Below are positions 25,891-40,470 of a DNA stretch of 64,000 bases, piece after piece. This DNA is from Camelus ferus (lineage: Eukaryota), in NCBI RefSeq assembly GCF_009834535.1, contig NC_045697.1, positions 113,958,001-114,022,000 on the forward strand, written 5' to 3'. Under the pieces are notes generated by a model, which had not been told where the DNA came from, made no database searches, and saw only the letters and a list, made by a program, of their open reading frames with translations. Every line of letters starts with the position of its first letter. The stretch's first letter is position 1. Position numbers and translations under genes: made by a program.

Positions 25891-27440
25891 GTGAAGTTAT
25901 TTTTGATGCTTCTAATATAAATGTTGAGGTTACGAGGAAAAGTCATAGGATCATTATCTCACCATCTGTTCCAGCTTGTTTGTTTCAGTCACATGCTTTT
26001 CAGTGTTCTTCCTGAGCTGTCAACAAACTGCCAATTAATTATGAAATCTAGCAGGTTTTCAGAGGTTACTACACTGAGAAAGTGAGATCATGAGTCAGTA
26101 TATCATGGGATCAGTTACTGCTGATTTACAATTTCCAGAACACCTGTGGACAAGTAAACTTTTCAAGATGGAATAATGACTTCTTTGGATCCTGTAGATG
26201 GGGAGAGGGAAGAAGCTGATATTTTCTGAGCATCCACTGAGAAAAGCCCTCTTTCTGTTTAAGTTGCCATTTGATAACTATGTAACTGAATTCTAGTATT
26301 TTTCTTAGTGATATTTCAATGGAGGGAATCTTACGAGATACCCATTCACAGAAGATAAACACGGAAACTAGTCTTTTCTCTTTGTCTTGTCTAACACCCC
26401 ACTGCTGAGCTCAAATGCCCATCTGTAATAGAAATCAGTGTTCTCCTAAAAAAAAAAAAAAGTTATCTGACTTTTAATGTTAGTTCTGTTTCACTTCATC
26501 TGTAATACCAAGTAAATCACTCCAGTTGTACAGTCATTTTTGCTGAGAAAAGGCATTTTTATTTTTGTATAACATGGTATTTTTAAGAAACTTTAGACTT
26601 GAAAATCCTGACTACCAGTGAAAAAAGTTAATCATGGTTCACAGTAGGAGGCGATTGAAATAGTATAAATAGGCTGCATATACTACACTGAAGATTTACG
26701 TGCTGACTTATTTTTCCAACTTTTATTGAAATTTCTTAAAGTAGATATTCCTATCCTATTGCCTTTTGGGAGAAAAAAATATTTCAGGAGACTGTTGATC
26801 TAATTATTGATGTGTGGGAGTTTACGCACCCAAGATGTGTGAGATTTTTATTCACCTACTAAAATTAACTCATTGTTCATTAGTTCTATATTTTATAGTA
26901 GATGAACTCTTTCTGATGTGGGAGATGTGTGTGTGTGTGTGTATGTGTGTACACAAAGGAAAAGAGACAGAGAGGTTAGGAAGGGAAAAGAAAGAGGACA
27001 GAGAAAGACAAAAAAGACAAAACTTGAAATGAGCACTTGGAATATTTAGGACCTCACCTTCACAAGAATCGTGATGGGAGAGGATTGTTGCCAGGCCCCC
27101 TCCCGCCCTCCCTTTCCCGGCTCATAACAGAAGGAACATAATATTCAGAGCTCTGACGAAAATCTTCCTTCACCTCAATTGTTGGCTTTATTCTTGGTCT
27201 CTATCTTGGATTTAAAATATTCCATCCAGTTGTCTTGTGAAACAAATATTTACCTCTGAGAGAAGGATTAGACCATACATCAAAATGACAGCCAAAGGAT
27301 GGATTGCAAAAGAAAATATTTAGTTTTCCCGGGTTCGTTTTCAGATGTTTTGTAGCAGCAGTGGAAATAGGAATTGTATTCAACGTGGTCAGAATGCAGG
27401 AAAACACGATCTTTCTTGTTACCCTTGTAGATGAGATGAC

Positions 27441-28870
27441 ATTCATTTATGCATTCATTCCTTTAGTGTCCAGTAAGTGTCAAACGACTTGGTAGGCCCA
27501 GGTGATCTAATGCTTGGGGGGCGAAACAAAGCAGATTCCAACATTCATGAAACTTGAAGGAGAAGTCAGGTATATAGTCCAGTGAAGAAAGCCAGAATCA
27601 TTAAAGTATTCATATTAATGGTGTATAATTAGATGTTCTGAAATGAAGGAAGACTGATCTGTAAGCAAAGTAACCAAGAAACGTAACTGGCTTGGTGTTA
27701 TGTGGAACGATTCTATGGGATATTTTTGAAATGTGATGGTATTTGGGTGATAAATGGGGAAAAATGTATTTCAGTTGGAGGAAATGGATATACAAAAGCC
27801 TTAGGGTAGGAATGAACAAAATAAGTTTAAAGAACTGCAAGAAGATTAGTCTGGCTGGAGAATGGTTATTTGAAGACAAAAGGAAGACATGCAGAGCCAA
27901 GATGCTAGAGGATCTTGTAGGATCCAGGGATTTTCTTCTTTATCTCAAGGACAAATAAGTATAGCCCAAAGTTACTAGTAAAGGCTACAACACTGTGATG
28001 TTTGAATTTAAGGTGATGACTCAGGCCATTGTGTAGAAAAGGATTGAAGGTGCATGTGTTTAAGTGTGGAAGGCCAGGAATGATGGGTTTGGGGCATTTC
28101 GAGAGCTAAGTGGTGCCAGTAGCTTGAATTAGGGTTGTGACAGGGGTCTTAGAAAGGAACTGATGTTTGAGAGATATATTATGAAGGTAGCACTAAAAGA
28201 ACTTAGAGATGGGTTTAATATGAAGACGTCAAAGGTGTCTCCCTTGTTTCTGGCTTCATCAAGTGGATGAATGAGAGTCTGGAAAAGCATGGCTTGATGT
28301 GGGGTATGAATACCATGAGGAGTTGCTTTAGGAACATGAAGGTGGAGCTGTGAAGAAGGCTAATTATACCAATCTGGGGACTGAATGAGAAGCAATACAT
28401 ATAATTACAACCATAGACTCTGCTGAATGTCTGGCTGAGTGCATGGAGTAGGATGAATGGTTAATAGAATTAAACAAAATATAGTATTTCATGGCAAAAT
28501 AAAAAAGGATGAACTTGCCACAGGACTGGGAAGGCATTTTTACAAATTCCATAGAAACAGAGGAGCCAGATGTTATAGACATCAACTAAAGTGATCATTT
28601 TTTTGAGGAAAAAAAATATTTTGATAGAGTGATGAGGAGAGAAGTATGATTGGTCAGAAAATGAACAGAAAGAGACAGACAACTCTTTCTGAAAACTCAG
28701 AAAGTAGAGGAGGGAAATTATTTTAAACCATGGGTAATTTGAGCATGGTTAAAGACGGAGGAAAATAATGGAGAGAGAGTTTCAATACACTGAAAAACAG
28801 GGTTAGTCAATTGGCAAAGTTTCTCAAGATGTCAGATGAACAGATTGGATTTGGCAAGACAAAGAGCGCC
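27441..28870 (-). mobile_element. Long degenerate L2 LINE relic
   Basis: Begins with an attcatt-type L2 tail. Purine-rich strand with L2 motifs (agattagtctggctggag, ttttcttctttatctcaagg, ttgtttctggctt). Confidence 0.65.
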
Positions 28871-29584
28871 TCCTGTTGTCACAACAGGGGCAGAGATGTG
28901 TTCTGAAAGTGATAAAGAAAAATATAGATGAACTCAAGGCATAGATTTGTTTGGAAGAGAGCTTCGACTTTATATTGTAATATGTTTATGCCATTTTACA
29001 ATTTTCTCTGGTATATCCAATAATACAGAGCTGTGGAAAGAATCATAGGACTTGAGTTTAAAGCACTTAAAAAGCAATTTTCTAGGAAATGTCCCTTTAG
29101 ATACTATTGGAAAAATGCATTCATAACTCAATATACCCCACCTGCATAATTTCTGTTGTACCTACCATGGAAGACTACCTTATGAACCTTTCACTGATCT
29201 TTGCCAGTAAATTATGATAGCTACAGTTTTATTAAACTTTATTCATCAAATGTAGTCAATGAGGAGTTAGAAATTTATAAATATGTTGTTAAATGTATTC
29301 TGTATGGATGCTTAAAAGTAAATCAAAGTTTAATGTTTTCTCTGGTTTTAGTACATTTTCTTTCAGCCTATGTTTATTAATTTTTCCTCAATATATTTTT
29401 ATTTGCCCCTATGTTTCTACTTATTGAATGTTGTATAAAGCTGTATGAGTGAAACAAACAAACAGTATTTATTATGATCAGGAGGTTCATAATCTTTATT
29501 CAGAGATGCTTACCTATGATGGATTTTTTTGACATTTGCCACCAAGTTTCGATTAGCTCAGTGGAGATTTCTATTTGCTATTGA

Positions 29585-29848
<264 letters not shown>

Positions 29849-30734
29849 TGAGCTAAACTATTCGACGTCTGAGTTACTACTCATTTAGGAGCACTTATTT
29901 CAGAATATGCTTTCAGAACATAACTTACATGCAAAAACACACATTGTAAAACGTGAAACGGCAGTACTTTTGGAAATTTACAATCTGGAGAATTAAATAC
30001 CTCTTGACAAAGTATAGAGATGGGTCATTTAAAAAGATATCATTAAAAGTTTACGTGAAGTAATAGTAAAGGATTTGTAAGAATAAGGAAATACGTTAAG
30101 ACCTAAACTCCCAGATGCTTTCTCTTATTTCCATATTAATTTTAGTTTACAACTTTTGAAACGGAAACAAAAATGTTGTGCTCTTGAATTTGCCATAAAG
30201 CTAAACAAAAAGGATGTCTATACCATCTGCAGATATGTAGTTTGACAAAGTTTTTATTTTTATAGAAATCATTAGGCATTTTAATTTCATCAACAATTAT
30301 CATTTTGGGTGGTCCAATGTTGAGGAAATATGTCATTCCTTTATGTTAAATATTTTCAAGCATAAAATAAATTGACATCTAGGCATACTATAAATGATAT
30401 AGATTATATACTTACAATAAATAAATCTGGTGCTTTTATTTTAGTAACAGATCATGATACTGAAACCAAGAGACTAAAGCAACTTTTATTCGATCAAATA
30501 AAAGTAAATAACACATTTTGGTTTTAATAGACAGCATACAAAAGATAAGAAATGCTAAATTATGAAAGGAAAATATATATTTTAAAATTTCTTGTCACTT
30601 GTCCTTTAAAAAATAGGTAAAATAAATAAACACGATCATATTGATTTTCTCCCTTACATTCAATACATGCTTTTGGCATTTACATTGCATATATTTTTGT
30701 TGAAATTATTTCATAATATTATAGTAATCTGATA

Positions 30735-30895
30735 AAATAGCGAACCTTTACTGGGATTTTTATGTGCCAGATACTAGGCTATGCTGTTAAATTTATTATT
30801 TTATTTAATATTTAAAATAATCTTATGAAGATGTACGTATTTTCATTCTATAGATAACAAATCAAAATTCTTGGAAATGTTAGAGGTTTTCTGAA
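30735..30895 (-). mobile_element. MIR relic
   Basis: tttactgggatttttatgtgccagatacta...aataatcttatgaag...cattctatagat. Confidence 0.55.
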
Positions 30896-31902
30896 TGCGT
30901 GCATTTATTAAAGATATCAATTGGCTAGATTATGTAACATGCAAGATAGACTTGATAGGCAGACAAAAGAAAATAAGTAAAATATAAAATATACTTCAGT
31001 GTCAAAAAGCATTGTAGAAACTTAGTCACATGGAGAAGTAAGTTCTTAGTGTGTCTAGTCTGGATAAATACAATTGGAAAATTAGTCTTGTTCCACTATC
31101 TTTTAATTATCGCCCGTTTCCTCTACTTCATGGACTAACAGTAAGTTTTTTCCTGGCCCCACTCTTAGAAATAGTAAATGCTTTATGAATGTTCTCAAAA
31201 CACATTATTAATTCAACATATTGGCTCATGCTGTTAGAGACCCAGTTAATATTTATTCCGTGCTGTGTGTCTGCCCTAAGTGAGGTGTCTTGAGGTTAGA
31301 AACTGTGTCTTTCTAATCTTTTCATTTGTGGTGCCATGAATATAGTAGCTACTGTTTAATTGAATTGATGGCAGAAAAATAAATGACAGGTAGAATGCAT
31401 GACTAGGTGTTTTTGATTGTCCCCTTGCTAAAATATAATACCGCAGATTTGTATGTATTAGAGTACATTTATAAACGATTCTGAATTAACTTTGGATGTT
31501 GAAGATAAATTACTTATTCCTCCATTGTTATGTGATTCAATTAACCTTTAAAGAAAAGAAACGGCACAATGAGTTAAACCTATTTTGGAAACACTAATGT
31601 CCACCAAATTGATCAAAGTCACCTCACGATCTTTTCCATCTCTTTAGTCTGTACCTCTAAATAGTTAGAAATAATACATGATTGTTGGTATTTGAAAGCA
31701 GAGAGGCAGAGAATGTCATGGTAATATCTAACTTTCAAGTGACTTGGGACAGAGGTGACATTAAGCTATAAAAGGCATTTTGTGATTTTGTGTGTGTGTG
31801 GGTGTGTGTATTTGACAGGAATAAAGACACACCTTGAGTTGTTCAGGTCCCTGCAAAAACCCCAACAGATACTTTCTATTTCCTGTCAACCCCTGACCCA
31901 GT

Positions 31903-32335
31903 TGTTACCCCAAAAGGGGGAGGGAAAAGACCCCAGTTCTTGTCTTACCAGAAAGATAAGAATTCAGATGGGAGATGGAAGAGTTGTGTAGCAAAAATAC
32001 GAAAGGTTTTATCAGCAAAAGAAAAGTACCCCTCCAAGAATGGGAGGCGGGCTGATCCAAGGGCTGATAGCAATGGTCTTTGTCTCCCCTTCTCTCATAC
32101 CCTCTCTTAGAGGTGGTCTCTTGATTGATTGACAGCTCTTGCTCCTGCAGTGCTCAGTCATGCTTGTCCCCTTTTGCACATGTCGTTACCCATGATACAC
32201 ACAGAAAAACCCATGGGGGCCTAGCTACAACGCTAACTATATTACAGTGAGCATTGGGCCCTGTCTGATTAGGTCCTTGTCTCTACTGCGCAGTCATGGC
32301 TGTTGGGTTCTAACCGGTCTCTTACCTGCCTAACA
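31903..32335 (-). mobile_element. ERV1-like solo LTR
   Basis: TGTTA...TAACA termini and U5-like cagttcttg...aagaattcaga motif. TSD not clean. Confidence 0.7.
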
Positions 32336-32544
32336 CACCACTGGGATCTACCCTTCCTTTCCCAAAATCTTGAAGACCAGTCTCTTAATAGCATTTATTT
32401 TTGCTTGGACCAGTAGCTATTTGAATCCCAGAGATACCTGGTCACCCCCTTTTCCACTGATTCCCATTCCAATTAGGCTCATAGGCTACTTTATTGGCTA
32501 GGTTTTCCCAACCATAACTGGAAATGGAGCAGACATAGACATTC

Positions 32545-32741
32545 CCTGCCTCCCCTTTCTGATTTACTTCAATTCACAGAGCACATCACTATTTGTCAAG
32601 ATATCTATTTCACTTATGTATTAGTTTGTTGGATGTGTCTTTCCATTATAATCTAGGCTACTATTCATCTTGTATCCCACAGCCCCTAGAACAGAAGTCA
32701 GCACACAGTAAACGCTGAACAAATACATGTGGAATGAATGA
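32545..32741 (+). mobile_element. L2a 3' end
   Basis: tgtatcccacagcccctagaacag...cacacagtaaacgctgaacaaatacatgtggaatgaatga. Confidence 0.75.
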
Positions 32742-33609
32742 TTCCGTCTGCTGGCTACAATATGTCAGGATGACATACGCATATAATCACATTATATCAT
32801 TAATTACAGTTAATAATAAATTGGAAATAATTTCCTTTTCTATAATTTCATCAGAGTAAAACCAACAAAGCAATATTAATGCACTTTAAAATACATTATT
32901 TTAATAGCATTACATAAATTGGTTTTCTCTTATTTGCTTTTTTAACCTACATAGTTTTATTTAAACTGCAAAGAATATAAACCTCGATAGTTCTGTAAGA
33001 CTTAGGGAATGCAGAGGAGATTTTCTGTTTGTCTTAGATTTATCTGGTGTTAAATATTAATTATTAACTACAAACTATAAAATGAATAATAGATACAATG
33101 GATCTCGAGGTCTGATTAGACATTTTCCACAGTTTCCCCAGAGAGGTGTCAGTACCTTACATCTGAACAAGTACATGTATAGAATTCATTTTTTATTGAA
33201 TACTTGTGTGCCAACTGTATAATGAATTCCCTTTGGGGAGCAAAAAATGAAATGTGAGTCCTATTTGTCAGCTTACATAGAAATATTGTAGATATAAATA
33301 TAAATATATAGGTACTTAAGCTATATCATTTACAACTCTCTCTATACACACAGGCTTGTGATTGAAAACACATTTGTCTGTGTCTCAGGATAAAAATGAA
33401 AACATAAATCCATCATGCTAACTATAGAAATCTTAATTACAGTCCACGGTATGTATCCGAGGGAGCTGATCATGTGTTTCATCCAATGTGTTTATCCAAC
33501 CAGCATTTATCAAACATAAACGTCGGAATTCATTAGCACTGTAAAACTGCAAAATACAATTACAAAATGCAAATCCAAACAGTGGCTTTTTCTTTCATTA
33601 TTTTAAAAC

Positions 33610-33760
33610 AACCGCCACATACTTACATTGTGCTAAGTACTCTCACATACATTAATTGCTGTAATTTAATTCTACAATAATGGGATGCAAGGAATAGTAT
33701 TACTGTTCATCCAAATGATATGATTAAAACCCAGAGAGGAAAAAGTAACTTTCCCAAGGA
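33610..33760 (-). mobile_element. MIR relic
   Basis: ttgtgctaagtactctcacatac...aagtaactttcccaagg. Confidence 0.6.
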
Positions 33761-34214
33761 GAAGGGGTGGGGGGGACAGATACACTCAATGAGCTTAGTA
33801 AGAGGTAGAGAAAAGCACTGGTAGACCAGAGAAGAACAAAGGTGATGATGGTCGTAGAGCGACTGCGACATTGACCTCAAAGAGAACCGTCTAATGTTCT
33901 TTCACATAGTTTCTCCTGCCCCTACATAAGCACCACCATAGTACTCCCATATCTATTTCCTGGCCAGACTGAAACAAGTCTTCTTCTGAAGGTTGCTGTA
34001 GCTCTGGTTTAGGGCACCTTCCCGATGGAGACTCACCAGAAAGCAATAGTCACTCCCCTAAATGCTCATCTGCAGCTAGGAATCTGGGTGTTGAGCATAG
34101 TCGGAACACATGGCAATGTGCATTGGTAAGAAAGTTTCCAGAAGTCCCACAAATTTTGAGCCTTCTCTAGAACTGGTGTACTCAGAGCATCCTCTACAGA
34201 ACTTAACAGTATCA

Positions 34215-34400
34215 CCAGGCATTGATTCTATGCAAGGCAGTCTGTTAGCTTTATTCTATACACTGATTTAATCATACGAAGATCCTCGTGTTGTAAGTGG
34301 TTTATTGTTATTGGATGGATGAGAAAACTGTGGTTCACCAATGTTTAGTACCTATTAATACCACATACTTAGAATGTTAGGAAGCAGGATTTAGGGTTTC
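34215..34400 (-). mobile_element. MIR relic
   Basis: ccaggcattgattcta...atttaatcatac...gatgagaaaactgtggttca. Confidence 0.55.
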
Positions 34401-34509
34401 ATATCAAGCCTAGATACTTAGCGCAGGTTCCACAATGAGTACTTTTTGTAGTAATTTGACCTGAGAACTTCCTATTCTCTTTATATTCTGATCATATAGT
34501 AATCAGTCA

Positions 34510-34842
34510 TGTCTTGGTCCCCTTGTGCTTGGGTGGGACTATGTGTCTAGTTCCGGCTAATGAGTTTTAAGGAGCGCCATGGAGTGCATCTGGGCTGAAC
34601 ATTCGATCACAATGATAAAACCTTCCTGAACTCTCGTTTCCTCCTAGCATGACAAATATCATCTGTTCTAGGTGGTGGCTGCTTAAATCAGCCCAAGTGT
34701 CTAAATCACTGGGCTGAGTAAACCACCTTGGCGATTGATGATTACCTGGCAATGTGAAATGAGGGAAAAGCTTTTGTTTTAAATCACTGAGATGTGGGGT
34801 TTATTTGCTATCTCAGCATAACCATGGTCTATCCTCACCAAC
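34510..34842 (+). mobile_element. MLT1 (old MLT1I/J-like) LTR
   Basis: ctatgtgtctagttccggctaatgag...tgttttaaatcactgagatgtgggg...cagcataacc...aaca. Confidence 0.7.
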
Positions 34843-37800
34843 AGAGAAAAATTTAGACCTTAACCTCCTATTACCTAACCAAGATTTCCGGGCTGCTTTC
34901 CCTGGACTACCTTGGTTTCCTCTTTCACTTCTACTTCTAGACTTTTCATCCTCTTTTCCATCCATTCTTTCTTTTTTCTGTTTCTTGCTGGGTCATGATT
35001 TTCTATCACAATTAAACCTCCTGTTGTATTTACAACCCTAAAATATGCATATTTCAGCATGTTACTGTATATCCTAATTGGTTTGCTGTAAACCCCGTTA
35101 AGATCAATGCCTTATCTTACATCCCTTTTCTTACCCACAGCACTGACCACACTGCTACATTTTGTGCTGATAATGATCATCAGAGTCAAGCTTGAGGGAA
35201 GATCTTATAAGGACAGCAAGGAGCGCCCTTTGAGTATACCTAGTGGGACCACTATAAGATCTGAAATTGCTCACATCTTTGTGTGTTCAGGAAATGCTAT
35301 GTCCAGCTTTAGAGCGCAAACTAAAATTGCCTTATGATTCCTTTACTTCCTAAATCAAAATATTTGTCTATGAAAGTAGTTACTGTGTGAATGGGGCAGA
35401 GAGTTTGCATAATTGAAATAGATCCAGAGAGCATTGGTATGCACGCAGTACGGTCGAATTCAAAGAAGTCATTTGTGGGAGGTGATGCTTTCCTTTTGGT
35501 ATTAAAAGAATGATCCATGGGGAAGGGTGGAGAGTGGCAGGAGAGAACTCTAGGGAAGGAGAGAAAAAAAAAAAACGTTAAACACCACATCAAAAAGGTG
35601 ACTGCTCAGAGGCTGGAAACCTTCAGGCAAAGCCCAGGAGCATTATTTCCTAAATGACGAAAAATTGGGCCATTCCATCTGAAATATCTGACTGCTTGCA
35701 GCTTCTTCAGGGGAAGGCCCTTTAAAGTGTTAATGTCTTTCGGAGAGGTCAAGAAGCAAGCTGGGCTGTTGCCTGAGAGCAAAGATGGTCATGATGAGGG
35801 AAATGGAGTGCTGGTCAAAGAATTAATTAAATGTTAAGGAATATATTAATTAATATATATATGTATGCATTCCATTGATATCATAATGGCTGAATACTAT
35901 TCATAAATATCAGATTTTTTAATTAAAAAATTATGTTTGAAAAAGAAGATTTTTTTTTTTTTTTCTGAGAGATGAAGTTCCACTATTAACTAAGCTAGTG
36001 CCCTGAGCCCAGCTTCCACAGGGCAATGTAAAGAGGGTCAGATTACACCTGCACACATCATGCAGTCTGTTACACAAGATCTGTGGTCTGTGGGTTGAAG
36101 AACATCGTATGGACCAAAGCCTGCCTGCTCTTTGCACCAGAGGAAGACATTATCTTTAGGACACTGGATGGTCAGTAGTCCTACCTGGAACACCAATGGC
36201 AGTTGGTGTCTCTGCTTCCAAGATGTGCAGAAACATGAGGGACCCGTGGAGAGCTGTCTCCCAAAGCACTTGGCGAGTACCGCCTGTAGCAGGAGGTCAG
36301 AGTCACCATCAAGTGTATCTAAGGCCAAAACTAATGCTGTGCATGTTTCAAAGTTGATTTGCAAACCAAGTGCATAGGTGTAGCTTCATCCTACCTTTTA
36401 CCTGGTTAATTTTGTCCTTTCTAGGACTTTAAGGTAAAAAGAAAATGTTTTGTTGACCTTTGAATATGTTGCTTGCATGTTTATTCCATTAAACCAGGTT
36501 ATATTTGCTAATCTGGGGGAAATTGGCATGCAGTGGACTGAATCGCTTTGCTTAACAAAAAATAAATCAATGAAAGGATATATCTGACTTCTAAAATTCT
36601 CAGGATAGGAAACTACTATGGAAAATTGCCATTTGATCCTTTTAACAATGAATTCCTAAAGCAGTCTTATTAGTACAGACGTGGAGGGTGGTGAGCCTGT
36701 TCCTTTACACCTCTGTGGCCCTACATTAAGATACTTTTTGTAAATCTTTAAAAGTAATACTTATATCTTAAAAAAATAGAGCTGCTTTCAGTTGAAGATG
36801 TGAAGTTTTGAAATGGTAAAAATGTGATGCATTAGCTTCTACTTACATCTTTTCCATGACTCACAACAAAGTAGTCAAATAAAGTCAAATTCATATGGTA
36901 CATTAGATCCAAGTTCTCAGGATTCCAGAAAACTCCATTTATGCACTATTCTTGGGCACTTACAATGTTTTCTACAGCCCCAGTATGAACTTTCAAGGGA
37001 CTTAAGCCACAGTGCTTTCTCTGACCTGACTTGATCATTTTAAAAAATTATGTTGATAGTTTAAAAAATGGCTTTATTCCTGTTTCCCTAAACAGTCACT
37101 GATCCTTTTACTGACCAAGGAATACCAGACTCTCAGGACCAAGGTGCAGGTTGGTCGTGACTGTTCATCTCCCTCTGACTCCCAAAGCCTTCTTATCTTT
37201 AGATCTAGTTGTACTTTTCTCATCATTTCTGTGGAAAGGATAGTGCTCGTTCACATCAGTTTGCAAAAGAAAAACAAACTATTGTTAGTACATCCAGATC
37301 TACTACTGATTAAGCATGTTGTTCAAAAAATAAAATATGGGTGTGATTGTTTATAACAGGGCTCAATGTGGATACTCTAAACTTGTAGATGCAGGAAAGA
37401 GGGTTATAAGTTAAGAACAGCTGAATGAGATAAGTGAATATTAATACAGCTCAAGCTAGTATTTACATTAACGTCTTCAATGTGTAAATTATAAGTTTCG
37501 TACATCTTTAATTATTAAAATTCTAATGCAAATTCAATTAGCAAAGCCCATATTATAAATAAAAAGAAATATCCTAATTTACGAATATGACATTCAAAAT
37601 GTTTAAGAGATAAAAACCCTAAGGTGTATAAACCACAGTTGAAAAAAGATAGTATTCTTTTTAACTAATATTACTCACTGCCTATTTCTGGCATCAGGCC
37701 TTCCATATGAGCTGAGAGGCAGTGTTTTTAGAGCTATAAGATAGTAGCAAATATTCAATCTATCTTTAAGAGCATACCGTACAGATGGGAAAAGTGAGGG

Positions 37801-38509
37801 CCTGAGAAGCAAAGATCTTTGTTGAAGGTCACATGTGGCTGTGTGCCATTCAGCTGAGATGATAACGGATTTCCTGTCTTCCAGAACGGCTGTGCTTTCC
37901 TTTAATACTCTGTCCCCCAGATTCACACTTTTCTTCAAGTCCAGCATTTACCAACAAAAAAGTAAATTCACTCATTATTTCAACAGTGTTTGCTAAGTCC
38001 CTACTACACACGAAGTACTGAACAACATAATTCAAATTGTGTTCTTAAATACACGTGCTGATTTGCCTGTGATTGTTGGTGAGGCAAACATCTCAAATGA
38101 ATTGATTGAAAACATCATTCAAGACTATCTTTAAACATGCACAAAGGGACCATCCTTCAGGGACAGCTGGTGCAAAGTTGGCTTTATAGGGGTTGGTCTA
38201 TAGTAAAATAAATGGAGTGGCTAAGCACGTATGCTGGACTAGGCACTAGAAAAAAAATGGTTAGTTAAGACATTGAACTAGCCATCAGGCTGTCTGAAAG
38301 TGATTGCAGTTTATCAGCTGTGTGGGTTAAACACGTGGCCCATTCAAAGATTATACTGCCAATCATTATACTACCAACTGGTAGAACCTTCCAACAAAAA
38401 ACGTCTACTTTCAGCCTTCTGTCAGATGGTTGCTTACATATGCTATCAGCAATACTGGTAGCGTGGTTATGTTTTCTCCTAAGAAAGGAGCCTCTTTTCC
38501 CTTTCTCAA

Positions 38510-40470
38510 TTTTTAAATAGACTTTATTTTTATAGCAGTTTTATATCCACAGAAAAATTGAGTAGAGAATACAGAGGGTCCCCATACCTCCTGGCATCAT
38601 ACCTACCTGTACAGCCTCCACCACTGTCAGCATCCTGCACCAGGTGGTACCTTTGTTGTAATCCATGAACTTACATTGACAAATCATTACCACCCAAAGC
38701 TCATGGTTTACCTTGGGGTTCAGTCTTGGTGGTTTATCCTTTTGGATTTTGACACAGACATGATAACTTGTACCCAACATTGCCATATCATACAGAAAAA
38801 TTTCATTGCCCTAAAAATCCTCTGTGCTCTGCCTATTTATCGCTCCCTTTGCCATAACCTCCCATTATCACTGATTTTTTTTTATTCTCTCCATAGTTTT
38901 GCCTCTTCCAGAATGTCATATAGTTGGAATCATACAGAATGTGAACTTTACAGATTGACTTCCTGCACTTAGGATATGCATTTAAGATTTCTTCCATGTC
39001 TTTTCATGGCTTGATAGCTCATTTCTTTTTAGTGCTAAATAATATTCTATTGTCTGGATGTACCACAGTATATTTACCCACTTACTTATTGAAGGACATC
39101 TTGGTTGCTTGACTGGGAGAATTAAAAATAAAACTGCTATAAACATCTATGTGCAGGTTTCTTTGTGGACATAAGTTTTCAACTCATTTGGGTAAATTCC
39201 CAGGTATGTGATTGTTGAATCACATGATAAGAGTACATTTAGTTCTTTAAGAAAGTGTTACACTGTCTTCCAAAGTAGCTCTATCATTTACCGTTCTTAC
39301 CAGCAATGAGTGAGAGTTGTTCCACATTTGCAGCATTTGGTGTTGGCAGTTTTTGGATTTTAGCCATTCTAATATATGTATAGTAGTATCTCATCCTGGC
39401 TTGAATTTACCATTCACTAAAGACATAGGATGTTTAACACATTTTTATATGCTTATCTGCCATCTGTATATCCTGTTTGGTGTAGGTGTCTCTCAGTTCT
39501 TTTGCCCATTTTTAATTGGGTTGTTAGTTTCCTCATTGTTGAATTTTATAAGTTTATTGTGTATTTTGAATAGCAGTCCTTTATCAGATGTGCTCTTTGC
39601 AAATATTTTCTTCCTGAGCATGATTTATCTTTTTATTTTCCTGATCAGAGTAGGCTTTTGTAATTTTAATAAAGTTCAGCCTACAAACTATTTCTTTCAT
39701 GAATCATGGCTTTGTTGTTTATGTTAAAAGTCGTTGCCATACTCAAGATCATCTTCGTTTTCTCTTTTGTTATCTTCTGGGAGTTTTATAGTCTTCATTT
39801 TACATGTAGGCCTATGATTCACTTTGGGTTAACTTTTGTGAAGGGTTTAAGGTCTGTGTTTAGATTCATTATTTTGCACATGGGTGTCCAATGGTTCCAG
39901 CATCATTTGTTGGAAAAGCCATCTTTGCTCCATTGTATTGCTGTTTCTTTTTCACCCAAGATCAGTTGACTCTAATACTGTGGATCTGGTCTGGACTCTA
40001 CTCTGTGCTGCTTGTCTATCCTCCCACCAATAGCACACTCTCTTGATTACTGTAGCTTTATAGCAAGTCTCCAGTGCATTAGTGTCAGTCCTTCCACTGT
40101 GGCATTGTTCTTTTTCAATTTTGTATAGTCTCTTCTGGGTCTTTTGCCTCTCAAAGTAAACTTTAGAATCAGTTGTCAATATCCATAAAGTAAGCTACTG
40201 CAATTTTGTCTGGAATTGCATTGAATCTGTCAAATTGGGAGGAATTGACATTGTGACAATATTAAGCCTTTCTATCCATGAACATGGACTATATCTCCGT
40301 TTATTTAGTTCTTTGATTTTATTCATCAGAGTGTTGTAGTTGTCTTTATATAGATCTTGTACATATTGTGTTAGGTTTATATCTAAGTATTTAATACTTC
40401 TGGGTGCTAATGTAAATGGTACTGTGTTTTAAATCTCAAATTCCACATGTTCATTGTCAGTGTGTAGGAA
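38510..40470 (-). mobile_element. L1MC1-like LINE, about 2 kb of the 3' portion (3'UTR and end of ORF2)
   Basis: aaatagactttatttt...cacagaaaaattgag terminus, followed by continuous antisense L1 ORF2 motifs. Confidence 0.9.

Noticed and set aside
39317..40179. ORFs of 136, 87 and 75 aa
   Set aside because: Inside a degraded L1MC. They are antisense artefacts or broken ORF2 remnants.
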